A program made the position numbers and the translations under genes. The notes under the pieces were generated by a model that saw nothing but the letters and a program-made list of their open reading frames with translations, was not told where the DNA came from and did not search any database. From Takakia lepidozioides (lineage: Eukaryota; Plantae; Bryophyta), in the NCBI GenBank assembly GCA_030704615.1, contig CM060734.1:37758001-37822000 (forward strand): DNA of 64,000 nucleotides, in the 5' to 3' direction. Below, piece after piece: positions 1-12,999 of this stretch (its first letter is position 1; every line of letters begins with the position of its first letter).

Positions 1-500
1 GCAGGGACAATGTTCTTGATATTCCTGAAAAGAGTGATTCTCTGGTGAGAATATCCCGGACAGTGTACCAGAAAATGAATATTGTCTTCAGGCGCCTGCA
101 CATCGGGCAATTACAATCTCCTTTCCTATCTGCATCTTTGTATTGTTGAAAGGTAGGCTTTCCCACCCTGGGTTTAAATTTCAGTCTAGTGCTGAGGGTA
201 GGTAGGCTCTTCAGATCATTCTTAAGGTCCTCACCCATGTCACAGTCTGGAAACAAGTTCAGGGAAGGTTTATGCCCAACTTCATTTCCATTGGACAGTC
301 TTTGGGCATCCAACGTGGCCTTAGACACTGCAAACTTCAGGTCAGCTTCATCTAGCAAGGTCAATTCTTCTGGGCTAATATTCAGTTACTTGCATATCTC
401 TTCTACCCTTGTCAGCCAGGACTTAGCCTGTTCTACAGGACTGTCTTGCTTCCAAGAAATAGAGTCGACTATCTTAAGGTATCCAGTATTAGTCATACGA
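1..500 (-). mobile_element. Diverged LINE 3' fragment (C-terminal/CCHC region) inside an intron of the decarboxylase gene
   Basis: Aligns by eye with 16800-17290. The ORF tail [29 protein letters not shown] parallels [29 protein letters not shown]. Confidence 0.85.
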
Positions 501-537
501 GTATTAGCCATAGGTGGAGAGTCGCTGGGATAGATAC

Positions 538-1773
538 CAGAGGACAGAAATGCATTTGGAAGCTGCAAAAGCTTGCCGAGCCAGTCTAGCACAATGGTTT
601 CCAGTTCTGTTACAGCTGGGGATGCAATCCAACTGAAGCCAAGCACATTGAAGCCACCACTGAGAAACTCTCCTAGCAAACCTGCTGTGCTACCGTTGAT
701 CGGGAAATAGCCAAAAAAATTGGGGCTTTGCCAATGCGTGACCCCGGGCAAGATCTTGCTCTGCAAATCTGCACACATCAAGCATTGAGATATTCTCAGG
801 GTAACAAACTTCACAATGATGCCACAATCATGAAGTTGTGTGGGCAGGCTTAGAAGCTAAGACTTGGCATCCTTCCTGTGAGTAAACTTGGTTTTAATGG
901 CAATGCTGAAAAATACACTTCAGACCTACGTGTGGCATACATGAAGGGCGGGTATCGAGTCAACACAAGCGTTCCTACCAGCCACCACCCAGTCGACATT
1001 TGATTCCATATCATATTACAGATCAGAAACACCCTCCTTTTGGACGTGGGGACAAACATGAGTTATGACAGCTTGCCAGGAGTGGGAAGAGAGGATTAGT
1101 GACAGCAGGAAATTACCAGAGAAGACATCGTCCACAGTTTCTGGCTCTGCTGGAGCACAGCCAGGTAAAAGTGACCGCAGATATCCAGGCTGGAGATACA
1201 CACAAATCAGATAAAGCGACAATCATTAAATCAGTGAACCTGGTAGCAGCTAAGTTAAACAGACTCTCGAGAACAACTCTCCGGTCTCGGAAATGTTGTA
1301 GAAAGTCGAAAAGAGGGCACAAAGATTGAAACTTAGACTGGACTCCCCAAATAATTCTTCAGCAGTGCATTGCGCATCATGGGTAGACACTGAGATCGAC
1401 AGTGCTGAGACTATCCTCAATTGTTTGGAGGAACTTGATGGCCATGCTTCCAGTAGAGAGTAGGGCGGGTAAGTAATGCAAATAGTTGTCCTCTTCACCA
1501 GCTAATTCCTGTGGTTATCTGCATTGTAATCAGCCTTTCCTGACCAGTAGCCAGAGGTGGTAAGTTAGTTGAACCCAGAGTCATGTGCATATAAGAGTAC
1601 TATGAGAGCGCCTTAGTGTTGGTGTACCTTCACTTGGCTGCGCACTGGGAAATTCTCAATGTCACGGTGATAATCAGCAATGAAGTCAACCATTCTGTGT
1701 GCATGCTTCCTAAACTCTTCCACATCGAACGGTTTGGTGAGCCGTGACCCTGCTCCTGATCCTTCGCTTCCCC
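538..1773 (-). CDS. Aromatic L-amino-acid (tyrosine/DOPA) decarboxylase, 5' exons (~1628-1773, 1117-1189, 538-768); remaining exons lie left of the window; start ATG not found
   Basis: Peptides [37 protein letters not shown] and [35 protein letters not shown]; GT-AG boundaries are phase-consistent. Confidence 0.88.
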
Positions 1774-2507
1774 TGTCACACGTCAAACTATCAGTAAGCA
1801 ACCGTCCTCTCCTTTGTGTCAAATACTATCGACGTACGTACTCACCACCAACTTTTCTTCCAGTCTGCTCTTACATTGTGTGCGAAAAACCGCAGGCGCG
1901 CCGCCTCCCCAACGATCAGTTAGTCCTCTCACGGATACTGTGGCTTACTAGCACAAAGCTGTTTGGCTGAGGTCTAATACCTCACAACCTGCGGAGGCTT
2001 TCCATTATATAGCCGCCGCTATAACTCCATCCTCAAGAAAAAAGAAAAGAAAAAGAAAAACAAAACTCCATCCTCTACTATTTCGTAATCACTGCCGTAC
2101 GCATCATGCTGATGTGGCAGGTTTTGATTGCGTACGAGGAGGCCTGCTATTGCCTGTAGCATGTGTCCTTCTTTTCATCTCGTATTTTGTGTCCTTCGTG
2201 TGTCCTTTACGATGTGACAGGGCTGAAAGACTACTCAGCAGGTCACTTTATGACCTGCTCCATCCTTAGCGACAGTGACATTACGTCCTGTAGCGCACTG
2301 GAGCGCGACCGCTACGGGCAGTAGCAGGTCGCTGTGACTGGCTCGACGCTCCCGCGTGCGCTACCTGGTACTTTTTGGCGCGGGTCCACCGGGACTGGCG
2401 TCGTCGTCGGGCCTGCTGTCAAATCCCTACCCCCTGTCCTATCCCCACCCCTTGTCCTGCTGGCCTCCCTGCCCGTGGGCTGATGGAAAGATTAAAAGCT
2501 GGGTATC

Positions 2508-3272
2508 AATATATGAAGCCAGGTAGTTGGTTTGTTTTGGTTGTTTTGTAGCGTTGAGATCTCCCAAACCACGGGGCACGGGTGGACAGCCCTCGATGAG
2601 GAGGGGTGCACCGACTTGGTCTCATGATTTTTGACCTGCAGTGTGGGAAATGTGGAATTTCAAGTACTTTTGGTCTTTGGAAATTCGTGAAAAATAGCTT
2701 TCATTGGATGCATTACTACTCAATAATAGATTGGTTTTTTCAATATATGATGATTGTATATACAAAAGTATTATATAAGCTTCTAACCCTTTCAACAAAT
2801 TCCAATCTCTAACATTCCACAGTACCCCTCTATCCAAATGGAGGCAAAAGAAGGAAGAACCAGCCCAAATAGATAAGATTTCAGCCTCAAGATCAGATTG
2901 ATTCTGAATGCTACAATTGAGAGCATGTTTTCGCAGTTGTTGCCACTCTGCCATGCCACTAGAGATGGTGTCCTTCCATGCCAGAGATCCAACTTCATTT
3001 TAGTACATCGATTTCAATTCTTCACACATAGGAGACGCACTTGGATATATAGGGGATTGCACTTGAATATATGAAGCAAGGTAGTTCGTTTGTTTTTTTG
3101 TTTTGTAGCGTTGAGATCTCCCAAACCGCGGGCCAGCCCTAGTGCTGGGTACCGTTAGAAAGCCCTGGATGAGGAGGGGTGCACTGACTTGGTCTCATAA
3201 TTTTTGGACTTGCAGTGTGGGATATATGGAATTTCAAGTACTTTTGATCGTCGAAAATTCGTGAAAAATAGC
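2508..3272 (+). repeat. Two ~190-bp direct repeats (2508-2698 and 3066-3272)
   Basis: Both copies read atatgaagc..gtagcgttgagatctcccaaacc..gaggaggggtgcac.gacttggtctcat..ggaatttcaagtacttttg..aaattcgtgaaaaatagc. Confidence 0.85.
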
Positions 3273-4496
3273 AAAGTGGGCTTTCCGGGGACAATGATTG
3301 GGACTTTTAATCATTCTCTACTCAGTGTCCGCTTTTCCGTCTGTTCTTTCCGCTTTTGTTGCAAAGAAGAAGTCTGGGAGTGCATTCCACGCATTCCACC
3401 CTCGCCAAGCGCACCAATCTGCTCTGGGGGAGCAGATAAGAACAAAGAGAAATATTTCACAAAGTGCTTTATGTGCGGTGAATGATACTTTTTCTTTTTC
3501 TTTTTCTTTTAAGGGACTAATCGCCCTTTAGTATGACCCGCACAACAACGCAAGTTGTTTAATCACCAAACCTCAAATATATATTTATGCTTATCCTCCA
3601 AGTAACGGTAAATAAAAAATTAGAAGGTTATTCATCCTCCGGGTAAGCATGAATTATTTATAGGTCCACTTATTTATACTACGGGTAGGGGTAAATAAAA
3701 ATTTGATGATATATTTAATCTCCAGAATAAGGCCAATATATTGAGGATAAATATCTTATAGTAAGGATAAATGACTTTTCTCCACTCACCATAATTATGT
3801 AAGAAACCTCCAACCCCGTTCTTCAAGGCAAATAAATAAATGACTTATCCTTTATATACCCGATGGATAAATCAATAGATTTTTGTGTTCCCATTCTTCC
3901 TTTGGTGGTCATTTTGGGTGTAATAGAAGGGTTGATTTACAGGATTTGAAGAGAAAGAAGAGACGTGGAGGACTCCATATTTTTCTTTTTTCTTTTATCC
4001 TTCACTAATATTCCTCCTCCTAACCCTTGCTTGTATATGCGAGAGGAGGGGAGTAGGAAGTAGGAATAGGAGTCCGAAAACGGAGCGGAGGAATTATGGA
4101 TACGCTTCTAGGACTTCGAATTTATTTTGGAGATGAAAAATTCATAATGCACTGTAGTTTGTTTAGTCACCCAACGTACCGCATCTTTGGAGGTGTAAAC
4201 CAATGTTATGTGGGTAAATAGATTTTTCGCAATGTCGAAAAGGGCTGCCTTGTTTGTAGAACATGTATACACAGTTCTTCAATCACGATAAGCAGGTGAT
4301 GTCTCATTATGTAAGGTAGTTTTTGTTTTCATCAAGTTGGTTTACGAGCCTCTAAAACTGTGTGCGGCAACGCACACCACTTCTGCACCCACCCCCACCC
4401 CCAACATTGACCAAAAATGTTAAAAAATATAAAATATATATATATAATTGGGTCAGTTTTTGGTTCGCGGGGCTGACAAACATGGACTAGTCTCAG

Positions 4497-5360
4497 TATG
4501 AGAGCTCATTTTCTTTTTTCACGTCCTCTTCAGAAGCACTGCGTAAATGAGCTTCATGATGACCATCTGTTTTTTTTTTCACCTCTTCATCAATAACAGG
4601 CACCTGAACAAGTTTCACAATGGCAGCTCATTTGTTTTCCACCTCCTCTTCACAAACAAACCCTAAATAAGCATTCATGATGACCATCTGTTTTTTTTTT
4701 TCCACCTCTTCTTCAATAACATAACCCTGAACAAGTTTGATAATGAGAGCTCAATTTTTTGCACCTCTTCTTCACAAACAAACCCTAAATAAGCATTCAT
4801 GATGACCATCAGATTTTTTTTTCGCCTCTTCTTCAATAACATAAACCTGAACAAGTTTCACAATGATAGCTCAATTTGTTTTTCACCTCTTCTTCACAAA
4901 CAAACCCTAAATAAGCATTCACAATGACCATGTGTTTTTTTTTCACCTCATCTTCAATAACAAAAACCTGAACAAGTTCCACAATAAACCGCTCATTTTG
5001 TTTCACATCTTCTTCACAAACAAACCCTAAATAAGCTTGAAGATGATCATCTATTTAATTTTCACCTCATCTACATTAACAAAAACTTGTGCCTGTTTCA
5101 CAATGAGAGGTCATTTTTTAGGGCTTCTTCTTGACCATCCGCATTATTTTTAACCTCTCCTTCTATATTTCATCCATCCATCATCCATCCACCATGGATG
5201 GAATATTGGAAACGTCAATTAGCTTCACAATGAGCATCCAAACTTTTCTTGCCTCTTGTTCATGCAAGAAACCCTAAATAAGATTCATGATTACTCACCA
5301 AGCCTTTTTTTCACCTCTTCTTCAATAACAAAACCTCAATAAGCTTCACTTTCACCTCTT
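4497..5360. repeat. Tandem repeat, ~120-bp unit built from two related ~60-bp subunits, containing AAACCCTAA
   Basis: Recurrent atgatgaccatc.g(T)ncacctcttcttcaataaca..cctgaacaagttt and cacctcttcttcacaaacaaaccctaaataagc. Confidence 0.9.
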
Positions 5361-6044
5361 CCATTTTTCTATACATCTTTTTTTAAGCGCTATAACAGCT
5401 TCCATGATAATAGGACCCTTTCTAAACAAAGGACTCGGGTATGGGCCCTGCTTCTCCCTCCACTAAACCCCTAGGCTCACGCTTAGAGGGCAAAACGTGA
5501 GCCGAGCTCCTGGGTTCACGCCGTAGCTTCGATTCGCCCCCCCCTAGTCTAGGAATCGGTGATCAAGATGCAGAGTACTTGCTTCATCACGCCAATTCCC
5601 CCAACAGACTTCACACAACTCCAATTTTTGTGTGGCCTCTTCATAATGAGGCCGGCTCAGAGGAGACAAGGACCTACCACACTTAAACCCTCTCTATTAC
5701 CTTATTCCTCTATTACATTCTTGTCCGATATATTTCCAATAAACGATAGAATGTTCCCAAGGATATTGTAGTGTGGTGGTAAGAGGATATATGTGCTCTC
5801 TTAGAGGTTGTGGGTACCATATCCCAGGTGGTTGACTTCGATTGGGACTATCTCCATGTAGGTAGTTTATGATTGTTTGCCTGGAGTAGTTTAGCCTATT
5901 TTTACAACTACCTTCATGGAGGAAATCCTATAATTACTTGCATGGAGGTAGTTGTAAATTTCCTAGGCTGAAAAAAATTTCGAAGTCCTTGCCCGCTCCT
6001 ACGTTAATGAGGGGTGAGCCCACCACCCGACTAGCGTCCTTACA

Positions 6045-9000
6045 TTACGACCGCCACACAAAACTGAGAGGCGACTTTACACCTTCATAAAGCACTTTGA
6101 GTTTTTTCTCTTTGTATTTATCGTGTTGTTTAAAAGCAAAATTCATCGCTTGGCCATGGTAGTGCATTACACGCCGACATAATGCAGTGGACAACGAGGG
6201 CGGTGCATTACAGCGGTGTCTCGTGCCAACTACACTGTTCATGGCCCCAAGAGTCACGTCCTTCGAAGGTGGCAGTTGTGCCCACATTCCTTCTCCCCTC
6301 CTCCATGCCACGCCGACGCAATAGGCAGAGAGATTGGGGCCCTGCCCTGCTACTAACCCCTCGGCACAGGTACGGTGACATGCTTCTTGGAGAATGGTTA
6401 TGTCTACGTCTGCTACAGGAGTATATGCTATTAGGACGTCAACGACAATTACCATTTGGTGCACAATTTACAGAGTTCCATGGCGTTTTTCTGAGCCATG
6501 CTGGGGTGAGAGTCTAGATTGTCCTTCTGCATGTAAGATGCCCAATTTGCATGTTGCATTATGGAAATCCGAATGGATCGGCATGAGTCTCTCACTTGTC
6601 CACCCCCTGGGGTTAAGCAACAGATCTGCGTCATCTAGTCTAAGATTGATGTGGGGGCCTACAGTTGTGCGGAAAAACCACACATCTGAGGAGTTTTTGA
6701 CTTGTGCACCACATGCTATCCTGAAGACAGCCAACGTAACGATACATGTCAAAGAAGAGAGATTTTAACAATGAGGGTGCATGAGGTAATGATAGTGCGG
6801 AATGCAAAACAGTACCATTGCAAAGAAGGGAAAAGAGCACAATTTGTTGACTCACAAACCTTCCTTGAGCCTTTCATGGACCCTGCAATCACATACAGAA
6901 CGTTCATGTCAGCAAGATGATGCCGAAGGGGCTGGGGCATTGGGAGAGGAAATTCCAAATTGACAAGTGCAGAAAGAGGGCATTCAGTACTGACGGGGAC
7001 GAGTGACGAAGGGATGGCTGGGAGACATTGTTCTTTTCAGGTGTGACTGATTTCCCATCTTTGACGCGATTCTCATTTGTATCTTCGATGCTATGAGGTG
7101 GGAGGAAGCAAGAAGTCGCCAACATGCATGTCATCGTTGAAGCGTTTGGTGCGCCATGAACTATTGTCCCCAACAACACTTCTTGATGCTCCCTTACTAC
7201 CCAATTCACTTCCTTAGGCAGTACTCAAATGTGGCCAAGGGAGAGCCTTGGGGGACGGACCAAGGAGGGCGTTCCTTGCAGCAAAACCAAATTGAGGGTT
7301 GACATAATGCACAGGGGGTTTTGAGGACCTCACTCCTGTTGCTACATGCATAGCAGAACGTGTGTCAGAATGAGGGGGTCTCACGCCCAAGGGGGCGGGG
7401 CTTTCAACTAATGCCTGGCTTGAATGCAGAACCATTTCCATTTGCGTAAATGCACCTGGTTTAATGGCCTGCCCAGTAGAGCAAGGTCTGTGGCGCATGA
7501 CTCCTGAATATGAAGAGGACTGTCATCTCCATGGTCGGGCTCCTCCCCATGAGTCCCAATGTGTTGCACAACAACCTTCCCTTCCACTCCAAGTGTAGGC
7601 TCACCATCTTGCAACAGCTCTGTGGGTGACCCGAACATAGGTGAAGTTGGCGTGACTGGAAGGGACTGTTTATGAGCTCGCTGCAGGACATCCCAATGTA
7701 CTTGATGAGAAGGCAAAGCAAGAGGGGGTGTTGTCGCATGATCTTCATGAATATCATCACCTGACAGTCGCTAATTATCTAGGTTGCGTCTGCTATCCCC
7801 CAACAGTTGCACCTGGAGAAATGCTTCTATGTAGGCGTCCTACAATGCTGCATGGTCAATATCACCTACAATGTGAAAGAACCATAGCATGAGTTTAAGG
7901 GCACCACAAACAATGCAGACATATGGAAGGCAAGTGCATTCAGGGAAAAGCATGGAAACATTATCACCTTCTGTGAGCGAAATCCAGCCCATGTCAATGT
8001 CTTCACGATGCTTGAGGATATCCTGGAAGACTTGAATTGCTTTGTGTCTCTCAGAATGGCTGCTTGTATTAGTACACCACAATGTGTCAAAAACCTTTGG
8101 CTTCTACATGGCCAGATCCCCCAAAGCACGAAAACGAGTCATTTCAATGAAGTCAGTCATCTCCTTCTTCATACCATCTCTATAACTCGCATCGGCATGT
8201 AATAAATCCTCCACGCTTCTACTCGTCTCATGCACGAGATTCTGTGGCAGGTATGCAAAGAGAAAGCGGCAACAATGCAGAAATTGGCTGCAACATGTCT
8301 GAGCATGGCATTGCCCTCTTCGGTTCCAACAAGTTGAACCAGCACGTCATGCAACAATGGGTTTGCAGGAGATGATGACCGCCTCAGTACTACTGGGATA
8401 TGACATCCAGATAGTCCGCAACACCTGCACAAATACCGGGCAATTCACAGGTGGCCATGCCTTGCAGTACCTTGCAAACATACCCCGTAGGAGGCTGGAT
8501 TCGTCCTGCGAGTGTTTCATGAAAGTAGGAAGGGAAGCAGGCACAGTACCAGCATAAACAATGTTGTAAACAGGGGACCAACCCCACTTACGCTCCTCCT
8601 GTTCACGATGGAAATTGGCATCCCACACAGCCAACTGGTCTTCGACGTACTTGTTTCTGATGACCTGCAACTCTGCTTGTCTTGCTATTTTTTCGTTTCG
8701 CAGGCTGAAACGACAGTCATGTACTTACGGTACTCTGTAATGGCTGTGCACTCATTGTAGACAACTGCATAATCACAAGGAACGCCAGGCTTCTTTGCCC
8801 ACAGCGCCATGGTCTTCAAGACAACATCTTTCTCCTCATGTGGTGCTTCATGCTGGTTCACATGCCAATTTGCACGTTCAGGTCAAGAACATTCATACAG
8901 TAAAACCTTTTCAGTGATGCACTTGGGTTGCAAAACCATCGTCATGAGCATGTCTCTTCAAAATGCACCTGCAAAATCAAAATGTGCATGAATAGATATG

Positions 9001-10023
9001 GTATTTTGTTCACCTGTCTATTGAGCCACCACCGGCCGTAGGCTGCGCCCAAGAGAAGTGCAGCAAAGTCCTCTGCATCAACAAGCTGCCTGAGGGAGTG
9101 TTGAAAGTGAGCATCTTCTATGCTTGGAAAGTCTTGAGGAAGCAATTGGTGCTGTAGCAGGGTGAAAAGTCCAGGGCATCTCACATGTGGCGGTTTTTGG
9201 GGCACTTCAATAGATCCACACAAACTTTTGGACTTGTTGGTAAAGTAAGAAATTGCCTCCTCCCTGGAGCGAGGAAGTGGAGGATCAGGATGAACTTTGA
9301 CAGAGCTCCATTTGTTGCCTGCCGTAGAGAGCGATGCATGCAGCTTCCCTGCCCTCAAACACCCTTTCTTGGAATTGTCAAGAGGAAGAATACCTGAAAT
9401 GAAGGCTTTGTCATGCCCTGGACGATGGGAGGAAGGGCCCTTAGTAGGGAGCTGAACCCTCATGCGTTTCGGCCCATCATCGAATACCTCCATGTCGGAG
9501 TCATCCAGTTCAACTGCTGTTGCTTCTGTATGAACGCTGCAGTCCCCCTCAGAATCTGTCAAGACCAGCCGAACTTGCGACCTGTTCTTCCTTGATGATT
9601 TTCTCGGATAATCACCCATTTCGTGGGACACTGGTTCACCAGAGGCTGCAGTCTTTTTCTTCTGTGTGGTTTTGCGAGGCGGCATCAAGTTGTGGCGCCT
9701 GAGCACATCCTCTATGATACCCCTCTGGCAGGGTTAAAAACAAGATACATTTTAAGGGCACCCTCATCTCGCCCATGCTTCCTACAACCATCTATCCTGT
9801 GCAAGTTCAGTTTTTTTTTATCCCCAAAAAGCAGATGACAGTATATGCATCTGTATTGTCGTCTGTTAGACGCACCAGGTTCATGCACCCTCGCCTTGGA
9901 GTAGGCCTCGCATATGAGGTCCTCGTATTCATCAGTTTCATATGTCTTGCGGTATTCCCTTCGGTTCTCTATCATTTTGCTCTCCTTCATCGTGATTGAT
10001 GCGTCTGCCAACACTTGCAGCAC
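6045..10023 (-). pseudogene. Degenerate multi-ORF coding-like region of unknown, probably TE-associated origin, including a C2H2/C2HC-like zinc finger
   Basis: Series of minus-strand ORFs (254, 139, 107 and 103 aa); YRCIYCHLLFGDKKKLNLHRIDGC in 9712-10023; basic/acidic low-complexity stretch in 8942-9706. Confidence 0.4.
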
Positions 10024-11860
10024 CGTGCAAATCTACACAGCCAATGCCCACTGGAAATCCTAAGCAAGGTATAAATCATGCAAAGGCCAATTGCATCCAT
10101 GGCCCATGAACCCAGCCAATATACCTTAGACAATGATATGCACGTCATTTAATAGTAAACCCAAAATCCCAAAACACCACGAATGGACTGCAGCTCATAT
10201 GACAGCCATATATAGAGATGGAGAGTAAAAATACAGCAAAGTGCGGAAAGAAGCAAAGAATTCGATAGCTGGTATGTGCGCGTCCGTAGAGGGAGACAGT
10301 GAATTATGGAAAGTGATGCCGTCACCTTGAATTCTTTCAGAATACAACATCACAAATTGCAAAATAGATAGGTTTATGCCTTACCAGGCTCCCCAGGATC
10401 AACAAAGAATCAGCAAAGGAACGAACTCCTCACCTCAGCTCCATATGAAACAATGTGTTCATCTCACCTCCATATGAATGCTTGCATGAAGTGGTTTGAG
10501 GACTAGCAAACATGCCCACTTGTCCACTTTGGTAACTAGTGTACTGATAAAACGATTGCTAAGTATGGGTATGGTGCATTTAGGGCAAGAGAGTTGTTGT
10601 TCATACGCAGTAGTTTCCCTCCATGCCCCGTTCCGTCGTTTTTAGTATCCCTAGTTGTCGACTGAACAAAACCATGTTTCATTTACGATCCAGCGGGTGA
10701 ATCTATGCATGCATCTGTGAAAGAACCAACAAAGAAATGAACATGGCAGAGATGTGAGGGTTTCGGATGTTCATTGCAGAAATCACTCACCCGCAAGGTA
10801 TAAACTGGACGAAGAGAACAATGAAAATCCAAAGAAGCGCAATGGTACTGTTGATCGTTCTGGAGCGATAAGAAGGACCTGCATGCAAGATATGTTTGTT
10901 GCGCAAGCGTTGCAACCTTCGAACACGGCAAATACATCCTGCATCGTAACGATTGCCCAATGCTGTCCACCCAATTGACGCATGACGGGACGCGGTACGC
11001 CAACAATAGAAACGAAAGCGGAAGCTGGTACGTGTATTCTCCACCTTACCCTGGTCATTTTAGATGCATGGGGTCATATGGATGCAATGGCATGCATGGG
11101 GGATGGACAACGATGGCATGCCCAGGATGGGAGGCGGGATGGGGATGTGGGTGAGGACACGTCTCATGTCCCCGCAGCGGGCACTTGAGGCGCGGGGGGC
11201 GTGCCGCGCGGCAGCGGCCGCGTGTTGTGCGGGCGACGGAGGCGGGGGTGGGCATGGGGTGGCGGGGGGTCCACACTGGCTGAACCGGCTCCCTCGCATT
11301 CAACTCCAGGGCCCCATCTAATGCTTGGCAAAAAAAACACTGGTTTGGGACCGGCCCTGGGGCTCCCGCCCTTGTGCCGGACCTCACGCCCCCTAATGTC
11401 TTGGGGCCAGGCATTCCCCCTCACAAGATGCTCTGCAACCGTGCGGTCTACATGCTGGATGTGGGATGTACATATTACAATACAGCCGTATCTACTGGTA
11501 ATTGTCCGTACCAATATGTGAAGAGGCCGTACGCTGATCACAGGCTTATCCTCAGTACTACAAAATGGCTATGAGTCAGATGACCATAAGTTGACTGGGC
11601 AGCGCCCCTGAACTAGGCCACACCAGTCCCCAGCCGGGTTTGCCAAGTGGCTCAATAAGGCACATGAACTTGGGAAGTGGCGCATGGTCACGAGGCTCTT
11701 GCGTTTTGCGAGTTTAAGAGTTGGGGCAATGGCTGGCCTGACCCTTTTTTGTCACGAGGTTTTTGCTTCGCAGACATGAGTCAAGAAATGGCCTGAACCC
11801 AACAATAACCTTACACATGGATGCCTACCTGGCCCTTTAAAGTGGCTTTAAAGTGCACAG

Positions 11861-12999
11861 GTAGGGAATTCCAAAAAGGCCTTGATGTGAAATGCATCGC
11901 AATTCACTTGATCACCCCCTAAAAGTGCGCAATTCAATTGAACTAACCCTAATTTGCAATTCAATTGAATTGTTGGCACACGATTCAATTGAATTGCGAA
12001 TTGGCAATTCAATTGAATTGCTGACTACGCATTGTAATCTATAATTTTTAACTTATTTTTGTATATAATATATAATATATATGTACATGTATATATTCAA
12101 ATTATATTTATACACATATAAGAGTATAAGCTAAAAATACATGTTGCTCGTCTATTCTTGCTGGTCCTCTTTCTTGTGCCCTTGAGGAAATTGTGGAGTT
12201 GTGAAGCCACCCTCAGCCTCAGCGAGAAAGGGAGAGCCAGAGACGGAGACAGATCATCAGCTTCCTCTGATTCATTGGTAAGAGAAACATGGCTGGCTCC
12301 GAAAAAAACAGACAAAATCAAACCTGACAATTGATGAAAGGCTTCCCCTGCATCACCATGTAGTCCCCTAACACTAGTATCTGGCCCAGGACAAAGAAAA
12401 CAAAAAATATGTTCATCTTGAGAATTATCAAAAATTTCGATACCCTTACAAAGGTATCATGTTGAAGTTGGGATGCGTGTTCTATATAAGTTTAATATAT
12501 TAAACTCTTACACGTTGATACTCTTACACGTTGATACTCTTACATTGGTATCATGTTTGGTATATGTACATAGCCATATATTGGCACCAACATCCACAAA
12601 GAGAGACAATCCCGCTTTTGCAAGCGCTTCGTGACTTCCTCTCTCTCTCTCTCTCCCTCTCTCGCTCTCCCTTAGGCTTATCTTGGGCTCAAGCCTTACC
12701 ACGGGCAAAGGATTGACAGACAGACAGCAAGAATAGACAGGCAACATGTATTTTTAGCTTATACCTGTGTATGTATATATGTATAATTTAAAAATATACA
12801 TATATATATTATATACAGAAATAAGTTAAAAATTATAAATTACAATTCAATTGAATTGCGAGTTGGCAATTCAATTGAATTGCCAATTCGCAATTCAATT
12901 GAATTGCCAATTCGCAATTCAATTGAATTGCGCACTTTTAGGGGGTGATCAAGTGAATTGCGATGCATTGCACATCAAGGCCTTTTTGGAATTCCCTAC
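11861..12999. mobile_element. Foldback/MITE-like element with ~280-300-bp inverted arms (11861-12163 and 12725-12999)
   Basis: Termini GTAGGGAATTCCAAAAAGGC and GCCTTTTTGGAATTCCCTAC; arms contain repeats of the palindrome CAATTCAATTGAATTG; ACAG flanks both ends. Confidence 0.7.

Noticed and set aside
386-814. 142-aa decarboxylase-LINE fusion protein
   Set aside because: It is read-through past a GT donor at 537 into an intronic LINE fragment.
4658-5030. Interstitial telomere
   Set aside because: Only single AAACCCTAA motifs occur inside a larger repeat unit, not tandem telomeric arrays.
12841-12931. Palindromic repeats as CRISPR, or the ORF (IQLNCQFA)n as a protein
   Set aside because: The spacers are only 8 bp and near-identical; the ORF is a by-product of a 24-bp DNA repeat.
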